Shown here piece after piece: positions 17,256 through 26,692 of a stretch of 56,603 bases of DNA; the stretch's first letter is position 1, and each line of letters starts with the position of its first letter. Made by a program: the position numbers and the translations under genes. Under the pieces are notes generated by a model. That model made no database searches and was not told the DNA's origin. It saw nothing but the letters and a program-made list of their open reading frames with translations. Origin of the DNA: Bacteroidota bacterium (GTDB taxonomy: Bacteria > Bacteroidota > Bacteroidia > JABDFU01); contig JABDEY010000005.1 of assembly GCA_013286805.1 (NCBI GenBank), positions 1 to 56,603 of the forward strand, in the 5' to 3' direction.

Positions 17256-18632
17256 ATGGATCAATTGGAAACATTTTTAGCGGATTCAGAAAGTAAAACC
17301 TTTGATGCTGAACATCACCGGAAAATTGCATTTAACATTGCGCAATACGATAAAAAAGTAATAGATGGTAAGAAGCAATACCAGAACCTTGAATTGGCCA
17401 AAACAAGGGCAGCAGCTTTAAAGCATAAAGTGACCGAGAACCTGGAAAATTACCTTACGGATTTTGAAAGCATTTTTAAAAAGCGCGGGGGGCAGGTAAT
17501 ATGGGCTCAGGACGGGGAAGATGCGATGAAGGAAATAAGTAAAATATTAAAAAAAGCCAATACAAAGACGGTTGTCAAGGCCAAGTCGATGACAACTGAA
17601 GAGATTCATTTTAATGAGTCGGTGGAAAAGGAAGGAATACAAAGTATAGAAACTGATTTGGGTGAATACATTGTTCAGCTTCGCGGGGAACCACCTTATC
17701 ACATAGTGACACCGGCCATGCACCTGTCTAAAGAAGATGTGGCAAAAACATTTCATGAAAAACAGAACACGCCCCTGGACTGGACACCACAGAATATTGT
17801 TACACATGTGCGCAAACTGTTACGGGAAAAATACATTCAGGCAGAAGTTGGTGTTACCGGCGGAAATTTTTTGATAGCAGATTGCGGTGCTGTTGCAGTA
17901 ACTGAGAATGAAGGAAATGCACTGAATTCAGTGGCTCACCCCAAAATACACATTGCTGTAGTAGGAATCGAAAAAATAATTCCAACATTAAATGACCTGG
18001 ATCTGTTCTGGTCACTCTTATCAACTCATGGTACAGGCCAGGTACTCACTGTCTATAATACGATCTTATTTGGCCCGCGTCAGGCAGGCGAAACAGATGG
18101 GCCGGAGGAAATGTATGTTGTGTTGCTGGATAATGGACGTACGGAATTATTAGCTCAAAAAGAACAAAGAAGAGCCCTTTCCTGTATTCGCTGCGGTGCC
18201 TGTCTGAACGGGTGCCCCATTTATAAGAACGTTGGTGGACATGCTTATGGTACAACCTATAGCGGCCCGATTGGTTCGGTAATTACTCCTTTCTTAAAAG
18301 GCATCGATAAATTTAAGCATTTGAGCTTCGCCTCGAGTCTTTGTGGGAAATGTACGGAGGTATGCCCGGTGAAAATAGATCTTCATCATTTGTTATTATT
18401 AAACCGTAAGGATTTTGTAGAAGAGGGCCACAAGACTAAATCAGAAGATCTGGTATGGTTTGCCTGGAAATCAGCTATGTTAAAACGCAAAGCTATGGAG
18501 CGTGGGGGTGCAAAAACAAAAAATTTCCTGTTGAAACAATTTTTTAAGAAAACATGGGGAGAACGCAGGGAACTGCCCGTAATCGCTCCTAAATCCTTCA
18601 ATGAGATTTGGAAAGGAAGAATGGGAAAATAG
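17256..18632 (+). CDS. lutB: LutB/LldF-family lactate utilisation Fe-S protein
   Basis: KSMTTEE, ETDLGEYIVQL, PYHIVTPAMH and NEGN motifs; Fe-S motifs CIRCGACLNGCP and SSLCGKCTEVCPVKI. Confidence 0.88.
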   Translation: MDQLETFLADSESKTFDAEHHRKIAFNIAQYDKKVIDGKKQYQNLELAKTRAAALKHKVTENLENYLTDFESIFKKRGGQVIWAQDGEDAMKEISKILKKANTKTVVKAKSMTTEEIHFNESVEKEGIQSIETDLGEYIVQLRGEPPYHIVTPAMHLSKEDVAKTFHEKQNTPLDWTPQNIVTHVRKLLREKYIQAEVGVTGGNFLIADCGAVAVTENEGNALNSVAHPKIHIAVVGIEKIIPTLNDLDLFWSLLSTHGTGQVLTVYNTILFGPRQAGETDGPEEMYVVLLDNGRTELLAQKEQRRALSCIRCGACLNGCPIYKNVGGHAYGTTYSGPIGSVITPFLKGIDKFKHLSFASSLCGKCTEVCPVKIDLHHLLLLNRKDFVEEGHKTKSEDLVWFAWKSAMLKRKAMERGGAKTKNFLLKQFFKKTWGERRELPVIAPKSFNEIWKGRMGK

Positions 18633-18687
18633 GTGTACCGGAATATTTTTTCAGGTCAATAATAGAGCTCATTTTATTTTTTGATAT

Positions 18688-19029
18688 ATGATACCATTTG
18701 AAATTACAGATTGGGATAAAATTCCCGCAATGGAGCACAAAGGTGAACAGGGAATTGCAACCTGGAGAACCCGGCAGTATGAACGTCTTCGGGTTCGTTT
18801 AATAACCTATTCTCCCGGCTATGTTGCAGACCATTGGTGTGAGAAAGGGCATATTGTATTCTGTGTCGATGGTGAGTTTACCTCGCATTTGAAGGATGGA
18901 AGTGTGTATATACTCTCTAAGGGAATGTCCTACCAGACTACAGATGACGGGAAAAACCCGCACCTGTCAACTTCAAAATCAGGTTGTAAGCTGTTTATTG
19001 TGGATGGAGACTTTTTGAAAATAGCCTGA
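18688..19029 (+). CDS. DHCW-motif cupin-fold protein
   Basis: YSPGYVADHWCEKGHI motif. Confidence 0.88.
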   Translation: MIPFEITDWDKIPAMEHKGEQGIATWRTRQYERLRVRLITYSPGYVADHWCEKGHIVFCVDGEFTSHLKDGSVYILSKGMSYQTTDDGKNPHLSTSKSGCKLFIVDGDFLKIA

Positions 19030-19035
19030 ATACAA

Positions 19036-19473
19036 ATGCGGGCTGAAATAAATTTCATTAATGAAAAAGTAAAATTCAGATTGACAGGAAGAAAGCAGCT
19101 AAAACAATGGATACGGGCAACCATTGAAATGGAAAAACAAGCGCTTGGAACTATTTGTTATATATTTTGCAGCGACCAGTACTTATTGGAAATAAATAAA
19201 AATTATCTGAATCATAATTATTACACGGATATTCTGACATTTGATTATTCGGAATCCCTTACAAAGAATAAAGAAAAACGTATTTGCGGTGATATGTATA
19301 TTAGTATTGACAGGATAAAGGAAAATGCCGCAAGCAGAAGTATACCATTTGAAACGGAATTGAAAAGGGTAATGATACATGGAGTTTTGCACCTGATAGG
19401 ATATAAAGACAAAAAGCTTTTGGATAAAAAGGAAATGAGGAGGAAAGAAAACTTATATTTGGAATCCCTATGA
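19036..19473 (+). CDS. ybeY: rRNA maturation endoribonuclease YbeY
   Basis: YLNHNYYTDILTF, GDMYISIDR and RVMIHGVLHLIGY motifs. Confidence 0.95.
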   Translation: MRAEINFINEKVKFRLTGRKQLKQWIRATIEMEKQALGTICYIFCSDQYLLEINKNYLNHNYYTDILTFDYSESLTKNKEKRICGDMYISIDRIKENAASRSIPFETELKRVMIHGVLHLIGYKDKKLLDKKEMRRKENLYLESL

Positions 19474-19889
19474 AAAAAGTAGTTGCAGTATTTGCTGTAG
19501 TATGTTCAGCACTTATGTATGCCCAGTCCGGAGCTAAATCTGCTGCAGCAATACAGCCTCTTTCAGGCAAGGACTCCCTGTTATGCAGAGCCTGGAAACT
19601 TGATTCCATAGAAGTATTTGGTACAATTAACAGGCCAACTGAAAAGCAGGCAGCGGATGGTGTTACCTATATGCTAGACGGAACCGCATTTTTAACCATG
19701 GAAGGAGTCGCCAAAACAGGGAAATGGAGTTTTGATAAAGCTAAAATATATGCAACCATTGAGGTGGACGATACCAAAGAGAAATTCAGATTTAAAGTAA
19801 TCACGCTGACAAAAAGCAAATTGCTTTATGAATACCAGGATGCAGAACTAATCCGTACAAAATACAACTGCAAACCTCTGAAGAAATAA
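19470..19889 (+). CDS. Secreted hypothetical protein (lipocalin-like)
   Basis: Signal peptide; LLCRAWKL, GKWSF and ITLTKSKL pattern typical of lipocalin-like domains. Overlaps the ybeY stop by 4 bp. Confidence 0.6.
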   Translation: MKKVVAVFAVVCSALMYAQSGAKSAAAIQPLSGKDSLLCRAWKLDSIEVFGTINRPTEKQAADGVTYMLDGTAFLTMEGVAKTGKWSFDKAKIYATIEVDDTKEKFRFKVITLTKSKLLYEYQDAELIRTKYNCKPLKK

Positions 19890-19894
19890 GTCAC

Positions 19895-20833
19895 TTATTT
19901 TTCAATCCCTATATGCAATAATGCATCGCCTACATGTACCACAGGCTGGTTGTTTATTCCAATAATAAATCCATTGTCCGGTGCAATGAGGTTAACTTCA
20001 CTTTTGTTGTAAGGATCACTGATGGTACCTAAAACCTGATCCTTTTCGAAATAGGCGCCAAATTTTTTATGGGTACGGAATAGGCCGGCCTCTGAAGCCC
20101 TCACCCATTTGTCTTTTCCGATCAGGATAGTCCTTGACTGAGGTAAATCAACAGGAGCTATCATATTCAGGTTTTTCATCAGCCGCAGACATCCTTGCAA
20201 TCCTTCATTAATGGCAGTATTGTTAAAACGAAGGGATTCACCGGCTTCAAATACCAGAATAATTTTCCCGCGTTTGGATGCCTCCACTCTGAATGACCCG
20301 TCCCGGTAGGGAGAATTAATAATGAATGGAGGCGCAAACAATTTTGCAAGTTCAAGGTGTTTGGGCTCATCAAATACACACCGCAGCTGGGGGTAGTTAT
20401 TAATTTTAGCACCTCCTGTATGAAAGTCAACTCCGAAATCAATCACCGGCAAAATGTTGTGCATAATATCGTGGGCCATCCTGCTCCCGAGAGATCCGTT
20501 TCTGGTTCCCGGAAAACAGCGGTTCAGGTCACGCCCTCCGGGAAGTTCACGCTGGTTGAAAATAAATGAAACAACATTGATGATAGGTATAATGATAACC
20601 GTCCCGCAAAGCAGGTTCTGTAAACTTTCATGTTTAAGTACTTCACGCAGCGTTTCAATTCCATTGGTCTCTTCCCCGTGCATACCGGCACTCAATAACA
20701 GACAGGGGCCGGCATTTACAGAACGAAAGACGTAAGCAGGTGTTTCAATCACACTTTGACTGGGCAGTTCGTACTGGCTGAAAACAACCTGTTTGTTTTC
20801 TCCGGGGGCAATTGTCGTTCCGTTGATTACCAT
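19895..20833 (-). CDS. Succinylglutamate desuccinylase/aspartoacylase (M14-like) family protein
   Basis: AGMHGEE, RDLNRCFPG and DFHTG motifs; C-terminal biotinyl-like domain. Confidence 0.92.
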   Translation of the reverse strand: MVINGTTIAPGENKQVVFSQYELPSQSVIETPAYVFRSVNAGPCLLLSAGMHGEETNGIETLREVLKHESLQNLLCGTVIIIPIINVVSFIFNQRELPGGRDLNRCFPGTRNGSLGSRMAHDIMHNILPVIDFGVDFHTGGAKINNYPQLRCVFDEPKHLELAKLFAPPFIINSPYRDGSFRVEASKRGKIILVFEAGESLRFNNTAINEGLQGCLRLMKNLNMIAPVDLPQSRTILIGKDKWVRASEAGLFRTHKKFGAYFEKDQVLGTISDPYNKSEVNLIAPDNGFIIGINNQPVVHVGDALLHIGIEK

Positions 20834-20848
20834 AGCTCCTTTAAGACT

Positions 20849-21727
20849 TTACTGAAATTCGTTTCGTTCGACGTATTCAATCATTTTTCCTGCTATGTCC
20901 ACACCAGTAGCACCTTCAATGCCCTCCAGCCCTGGTGAGGAGTTAACCTCCATGATCAGTGGTCCCCGTTTGGATTGAAGCATATCTACCCCGGCAATAC
21001 CAAGGCCAAGTTTTTTGGCTGCTTTAATAGCAGTTGCTTTTTCTTCTTCTGATAATTTAATCAGCGATGCCTTTCCTCCACGGTGAAGGTTGGATCGGAA
21101 TTCACCTTCTGCACCCTGTCGCTTCATCGCGCCAACTACTTGTCCGTCAACAATAAAGGCCCGGATATCTGCACCTTCCGATTCTTTAATAAACTCCTGA
21201 ACAAGTATGTTGGCATCGAGGCTTAGAAAACCTTCAATGACAGATTTGGCAACCTTATGCGTTTCTGCCAGAATAACTCCAATACCTTGCGTACCTTCCA
21301 AAAGCTTTATTACTACAGGTGCTCCTCCTACCTGGTTAATAATGTTATCCAGGTCGTTAGAACTGTAAGCAAAAGCTGTTTTTGGCATTCCCAACCCTGC
21401 CCGGGCCAGCAACTGAAGACTGCGGAGTTTATCACGGGATCTCATCAGTGCCTGTGATTCCGTGGCCGAGAATATTTTCATCATTTCAAATTGACGTACA
21501 ACAGCACCACCATAAAATGTAGCTGATGCTCCTATGCGCGGAATAACTGCGCCAACACCAATGACTTCTTTTCCCTGATAAAATATATGCGGACGATTTT
21601 TTTCAATGACAAGTACACATTTCATGTGGTCAAGCACCTGCATTTCATGACCATGCTTTACGCCTGCCTCAATCAAACGCTTTGTAGAATATAGATTGAC
21701 GTTACGCGATAAGAGAACGATTTTCAT
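20849..21727 (-). CDS. rimK: RimK alpha-L-glutamate ligase (ATP-grasp)
   Basis: [33 protein letters not shown] and [12 protein letters not shown] motifs. Confidence 0.96.
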   Translation of the reverse strand: MKIVLLSRNVNLYSTKRLIEAGVKHGHEMQVLDHMKCVLVIEKNRPHIFYQGKEVIGVGAVIPRIGASATFYGGAVVRQFEMMKIFSATESQALMRSRDKLRSLQLLARAGLGMPKTAFAYSSNDLDNIINQVGGAPVVIKLLEGTQGIGVILAETHKVAKSVIEGFLSLDANILVQEFIKESEGADIRAFIVDGQVVGAMKRQGAEGEFRSNLHRGGKASLIKLSEEEKATAIKAAKKLGLGIAGVDMLQSKRGPLIMEVNSSPGLEGIEGATGVDIAGKMIEYVERNEFQ

Positions 21728-21751
21728 CTGTATTTAATTTACTGAATATTT

Positions 21752-22198
21752 TTAAGATTTTTTTTGCCGGGATAACAAATACATTTCATTCACATCCACG
21801 ATAAACCTTCTTTTTAACAGTTTCCGGCCTATTAAAACCGGATAACGCATTTGCCCTCTGTCAGTTAAAGATATTGAAGTTTTTACAATCTTAGGGCCAA
21901 TTCCAAGACGGGTTTTAATAACATAACGTTTTTCCAGATCTCCAAAAGAATTTTTAATCTGCTTTTCAGTAAAATCTTCAAACCGGAACAATTGTTCATT
22001 GTATTCGGGATGAGATGGATCCAACAGCTTGAAATAAAGTATCAATTTGCCGGTTTCCTGCCGGACCTCAATTTCATGACAATGCAGGGCATTTGAATAG
22101 GCACCTGTATCAACTTTTGCGTCAATACCAAGCAGCTGTAAATCCAGAAAGGAAACTTTTTCTCTTCTTCCGATAAGGAGTTTTATTTTTTCTGCCAT
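21752..22198 (-). CDS. RimK-associated retropepsin-like protease (RimB-like)
   Basis: IGRREKV, AKVDTGA and DRGQMRYPVLIGRK motifs; lies directly upstream of rimK. Confidence 0.9.
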   Translation of the reverse strand: MAEKIKLLIGRREKVSFLDLQLLGIDAKVDTGAYSNALHCHEIEVRQETGKLILYFKLLDPSHPEYNEQLFRFEDFTEKQIKNSFGDLEKRYVIKTRLGIGPKIVKTSISLTDRGQMRYPVLIGRKLLKRRFIVDVNEMYLLSRQKKS

Positions 22199-22306
22199 CC
22201 TGACGATTACTGTGAAAGCGAAAGGTAAATAAAATCCATTAAAAATGGATTGATTAGTATATTTACAATAGTTTAAAGATGTATAGAAAGTATAAAATAT
22301 TTATTT

Positions 22307-23620
22307 TTGGATAAAATCAGAAATTTCAGTTTCCATTTATTTATTCTGCTGCTGTATAGTAGTGGTACTAACCTCATTGCTCAGAATAAGCCGGATAGTA
22401 CAAAGTTGCCTTTTGTCCTTTCCAAAGAAAAACGCCTTTCCGAAGAAGACCTTAAAGACAAAAAGGAAGGGTTTTATGTTACTGGTATTCCTGATATCAG
22501 TTCAGATCCTATAAATGGTATCGGTGTGGGGGCGGAGGGCCAGTTTTTTTTAAACGGAAAAAAGAGCGATCCGTTTTTTGAGTATACACCTTTTCGTGCT
22601 GAAATGGATCTTACTGCTTTTTATACTTCACGTAAACAAGGTGAACTGAGTATGGTTCTGGAAATACCCTATGTTTTTAATACAAAATGGAGACTTCATG
22701 GAGAACTGGGTTATGAAGTAGATCCTAACCAGCTTTATTTCGGGGTTACTGAAAAATCACTGCAGCCATTAAGTTCCGGGTCCTATGATGATTACGAAAA
22801 CTCACTTTCAGGAGTAAAAGCCTATTACAATACTTATCAAAGGCAGGAGGCTGTGCTTAATTTTATTTTTGAACGGTCTTTCTTCGAAGGTAAAATGCGT
22901 TTTTTCTTTGGATACGAACTTTCAAAGGCATCCTACACCACCCCCCTAAATGACAGCTCATTGCTGCGTAAGGATGCGTTGGCAGGAAGGATAGTAGGTT
23001 ATGGAACCAGTCTTATACCCGTCTATCAATGCGGCCTGATATATGACACGCGTGATCTGGAAAAAGATCCAACAGAAGGTGTTTTTGCCGAACTGATTGA
23101 GGAGGCTTCTCCTATGGAATTGGGTTCACCGTTCAATTTCAATAAATTATTCTTTCATTATAAATATTTTAAGCGTTTATTCCCGGATAAGTTAAAAAAA
23201 GTTGTATTTGCCGGATGGATGGGTATTAACAATACCCAAGGGAACGCTCCTTTTTTTGAATACCAGGATGCGGAAAGTTCTGAAAAAACAATTTTGGCCC
23301 TCGGAGGACCCCAAACTTTACGTGGATATGTACAGGGTCGTTTTGCCGCAAGTGTGATCGCATTTGCCGATTTGGAATTACGCTGGAGGTTTTGGAAGGG
23401 TGATTTATTTAAACAGCACCTTGCTTTTTCTGGCGTTCCTTTTTTTGATGTTGGAGGAGTCTGGGATAGTTTTAATAGAATGTCGAATCTTGATAATCTG
23501 CGTTACTCGGAAGGTCTTGGCTTAAGGATCGGATGGAATGAAAATACAGTCCTCCGTTTTGATTATGCGGTTTCCAAAGAAGACAGGCAGTTCTTTTTTG
23601 GATTGGAGCAGCCATTTTAA
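22307..23620 (+). CDS. Omp85/BamA-TamA superfamily outer-membrane barrel without POTRA domains
   Basis: YDTRD motif, LGGPQTLRGY (VRGY-like loop-6 motif), FFDVGGVW, and a C-terminal amphipathic strand ending in F. Only a short N-terminal extension. TTG start. Confidence 0.8.
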   Translation: MDKIRNFSFHLFILLLYSSGTNLIAQNKPDSTKLPFVLSKEKRLSEEDLKDKKEGFYVTGIPDISSDPINGIGVGAEGQFFLNGKKSDPFFEYTPFRAEMDLTAFYTSRKQGELSMVLEIPYVFNTKWRLHGELGYEVDPNQLYFGVTEKSLQPLSSGSYDDYENSLSGVKAYYNTYQRQEAVLNFIFERSFFEGKMRFFFGYELSKASYTTPLNDSSLLRKDALAGRIVGYGTSLIPVYQCGLIYDTRDLEKDPTEGVFAELIEEASPMELGSPFNFNKLFFHYKYFKRLFPDKLKKVVFAGWMGINNTQGNAPFFEYQDAESSEKTILALGGPQTLRGYVQGRFAASVIAFADLELRWRFWKGDLFKQHLAFSGVPFFDVGGVWDSFNRMSNLDNLRYSEGLGLRIGWNENTVLRFDYAVSKEDRQFFFGLEQPF

Positions 23621-23622
23621 GC

Positions 23623-24873
23623 TTAACGCGTGATCACCATTTTTTGAGTTTGTATCAGGTGGTCAGACTCCAGGCGGCAGAAATAAACTCCCTGGGGCAA
23701 TTCGCTGCAATCGAAATCAATAATTTGCAATCCCTGATCTGCTGGTCCGTTATATAAAGAACAGACTTTCTTGCCTGTTACATCATAAATACTGAGAGCC
23801 ACCCAACCTGACTGATCCAAAACATATTTAATACGCCCTCTTCCATTCATGGGATTGGGGTATATTTCAAATTTCAGAGGAATAACAGAGTTATTCTTTA
23901 TACCGGCAGGCGCACTTTCCGCCAGCCAGATAGTCGCATTGACAATCGTTATTTCCTCCTCATCTCCAGGATCACCTGAAAAATCTTTATATAGACTTGA
24001 TTTAGGATTTCCGGTTCCGTCATCTGTAGGAGAGCTGTCACCTTCAAAAGCAAATTTGCCTTTACCATAAAATCCATGTCCAAACATCACTCCGGTATTT
24101 CCAACACTGGCACTGAACACATCTCCCGTGACAGTCGGGTTTTTAGACGGATAAAGTGTAATTGTTGTGCCATTGTGCCATTCCATACCTGGCGAAGTTC
24201 CCATAGGGCCATGGATGATCGAATCAGTTGCAGAAGGATTAACAGCTTTGGATACAGGAGAAATATTCAGTGAGTCAAACACAAAACCAAAGGCTGTATC
24301 CTTAACCGGATTTTTCCGGATAAAATCATTCCATACTCTTGGTGAGTCCCATCCATTATTGGTTCTGGAAGAATTGGCATGGTCGGAAATCATAAACAAG
24401 CCGCCTCCGTTTGCCACAAAATTCATGAGAGCGGTTTTAACCCTTGCAGAAAATGGAAATTGAGGTTCGTCCACAATAAAAACCTTGTAGTTGCTCAGAT
24501 CCTGAGGATGGTTTGGATTTCCATAAGTAATGGAATCAAAGGTCGGCAATGATTCGACCTCATAGCCATGTTTCACCATATCAATCGCCCAGGTGGAAGA
24601 CGATCCTGTCCAATAGGTTTCTACAGTAGTACTTGTTACGGTGGATTGCGCAGGTGTTGGAAATTGCTGGGCATTTGATTTACCCCCGCCGGAAGATAGG
24701 ACAGGCAAGCCACCTGTGCCAGTATAGGCTATATTATCAATATCTGCGTCAATCACCCAATCAGAATTACCGGATGATTGGCCTTCAGTGGCATCGAATA
24801 AAATTTTTACCTGGGCGGAAACACCACCAATCAGAAGAATCAGAACAAAGGAGAAAAAAGTTATTTTTTTCAT
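23623..24873 (-). CDS. T9SS cargo with a GATase-like/DUF4350-like 'xDWVID' domain
   Basis: KILFDAT...GNSDWVIDAD, LSNYKVFIVDEPQ, FVANGGGLFMISDH and GDSSPTDDGTG motifs; CTD IYPNP...GVYF...QKMVITR. Confidence 0.75.
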   Translation of the reverse strand: MKKITFFSFVLILLIGGVSAQVKILFDATEGQSSGNSDWVIDADIDNIAYTGTGGLPVLSSGGGKSNAQQFPTPAQSTVTSTTVETYWTGSSSTWAIDMVKHGYEVESLPTFDSITYGNPNHPQDLSNYKVFIVDEPQFPFSARVKTALMNFVANGGGLFMISDHANSSRTNNGWDSPRVWNDFIRKNPVKDTAFGFVFDSLNISPVSKAVNPSATDSIIHGPMGTSPGMEWHNGTTITLYPSKNPTVTGDVFSASVGNTGVMFGHGFYGKGKFAFEGDSSPTDDGTGNPKSSLYKDFSGDPGDEEEITIVNATIWLAESAPAGIKNNSVIPLKFEIYPNPMNGRGRIKYVLDQSGWVALSIYDVTGKKVCSLYNGPADQGLQIIDFDCSELPQGVYFCRLESDHLIQTQKMVITR

Positions 24874-24939
24874 GACCGGGGTAGTGTCATCTCATTTACA
24901 TGGAGAAAATAAATTACTGATGCAGCTCCTTCAAAGGAG

Positions 24940-26349
24940 TTATTTCACAATTTTCTGAAAATAAGTTCCGCTTTCAGATGTGATAGAAACAAAGTAAATA
25001 CCCGCACTTACCTTGTTAAGGTTAAGATTGATTTCATCTGTTCCTGAATAGTCATTTTCGAGAATAATTTTTCCGAGTTCATCTCTGATAATAATGATGC
25101 GCTTTTCGGAAACACCATTTACTTTAATCGTTAAAGCATCTGAAAATGGATTCGGATAGATCAGGTATTTCTGCTCAGCCTGATTGTTATCTTCTATTCC
25201 TAATGGTAAAGCTGTACATGCAGCCCCGCCTAAATCTGTGAAATTATGACAGAAACTCTGGTAATATTCATTGGTTATTGTAGCGTCGTGAATGAGAACA
25301 GAATTCTCATCATTTTTATCAGTACCGGCTCCCGTCCAGTTATAAGATCCGGTCCAGACCTGAGAGTTTGATCCCGGAGACATAGCATCAATCAGCATGG
25401 TCTTATTGTGATAAATATAAGAAGTGCTGGTTCCTGTATACACTTTCCAGTTTGCAGCTGGTAAACCCGCGACAATCGTATTATAGGCCGGATTAGGATA
25501 AGCGGTAGTGCTGACGCTATAGGAATCCATCATACCCCGTACATTAATTCCTGCCTTGTATTGGTTTACAGCCTGGGTTGCAATTGAATTATCCGTAAAT
25601 GTGTAAATACCAAAAAAAAGATCTGATTTTGCTGTATTCATGGCAGCTAACAGGTGAGACACAGGATTATCCATTGGACTGAAATAAACATCTACAGTCG
25701 TACCATTTACATTGTAAGAAGTAACAGCGGAAGCAGTTTTACTTGTACTCCATTTTTCATTTGCTGTGGTAGGGGTTGCTCCGGTACCGCCCCACATCTG
25801 ATTGAATTCAGTCGTGTAATCTTTTGCCATAGGCTGACTTTGAAAAGCTACCATATTATTGTAGCAGGTATTGCTCTGTCCCTGACCCCAGTCGTTGGTA
25901 CCGGTAAGAACCCAGCAATCCGTCGCAGTGGCAGAATTAGCATCAATAATCATGAATTTATTGTGCATAATATAACCAGTCATAACCGGGCTGTTTAAGG
26001 TGCTGATACCGGCTACAAAATTGGCCCATCCGGTATTTGCCTGAGTCCCGTCACCAATCCATCTGACCACAACCCCTCTGGCATGCGCATTGTTACATGC
26101 TGTAGAAATAACGTTCAACTCAGTCCCGGCAGTAAAATCATACTGAGCCACATCCACCGATAACTTGGCTTTGTTAATGAAGGCCGCTATTGTGTCCGGA
26201 AAAGTACTGGGTAAATAGTTAGCCTTAACACCGGTAGAAACACCTGTGTTTACAGCCTGATTAAAATAGGCTCTGATTTTAGGGTTCTGGGCAGTTCCAA
26301 AAAAACAGAATACGATTGACACGGCAAGGAAAAGTAATTTCTTTTTCAT
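24940..26349 (-). CDS. T9SS-secreted phospholipase D/Nuc-family protein (two HKD motifs)
   Basis: MHNKFMIID and YHNKTMLID..TGSYNWT...NDEN motifs. Signal peptide begins at ATG 26349 (MKKKLLFL). CTD IYPNPF...GIYFV...QKIVK. Confidence 0.88.
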   Translation of the reverse strand: MKKKLLFLAVSIVFCFFGTAQNPKIRAYFNQAVNTGVSTGVKANYLPSTFPDTIAAFINKAKLSVDVAQYDFTAGTELNVISTACNNAHARGVVVRWIGDGTQANTGWANFVAGISTLNSPVMTGYIMHNKFMIIDANSATATDCWVLTGTNDWGQGQSNTCYNNMVAFQSQPMAKDYTTEFNQMWGGTGATPTTANEKWSTSKTASAVTSYNVNGTTVDVYFSPMDNPVSHLLAAMNTAKSDLFFGIYTFTDNSIATQAVNQYKAGINVRGMMDSYSVSTTAYPNPAYNTIVAGLPAANWKVYTGTSTSYIYHNKTMLIDAMSPGSNSQVWTGSYNWTGAGTDKNDENSVLIHDATITNEYYQSFCHNFTDLGGAACTALPLGIEDNNQAEQKYLIYPNPFSDALTIKVNGVSEKRIIIIRDELGKIILENDYSGTDEINLNLNKVSAGIYFVSITSESGTYFQKIVK

Positions 26350-26692
26350 CTCTTTCACATTTTTTAAAATTGGGTTAATCTGATCCGGGAGCGGTTTCAA
26401 ACCAAGGGATTGGTTCTCTAAGATGCTCACTCCCAAGTAATGAAGTTAAATATTAATTCCTGTATTTCAAAATAATAGTGGAAGTTTTTGCACGCTCAAA
26501 TCCCGACTCTGATATACTGAAACTTGCCAGGTTTACAAAAGTAAAGCTGGTTAGAATCAGTTAAAACCGCCTTAGGCGGATTCATAAGCACAATAAAACA
26601 GAAACAAGATGCGAATAATGCCTGCGGTTGGCGTTTTCGATTTTCGAAAACCTAACTTGGGTTAGTATAATTTGCTAATTTTAATAACCCTG

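Noticed and set aside
22233-22251. AATCCATT-AAA-AATGGATT inverted repeat between the rimK operon and Omp85
   Set aside because: An 8-bp AT-rich arm is plausible by chance, and no cognate regulator is evident.
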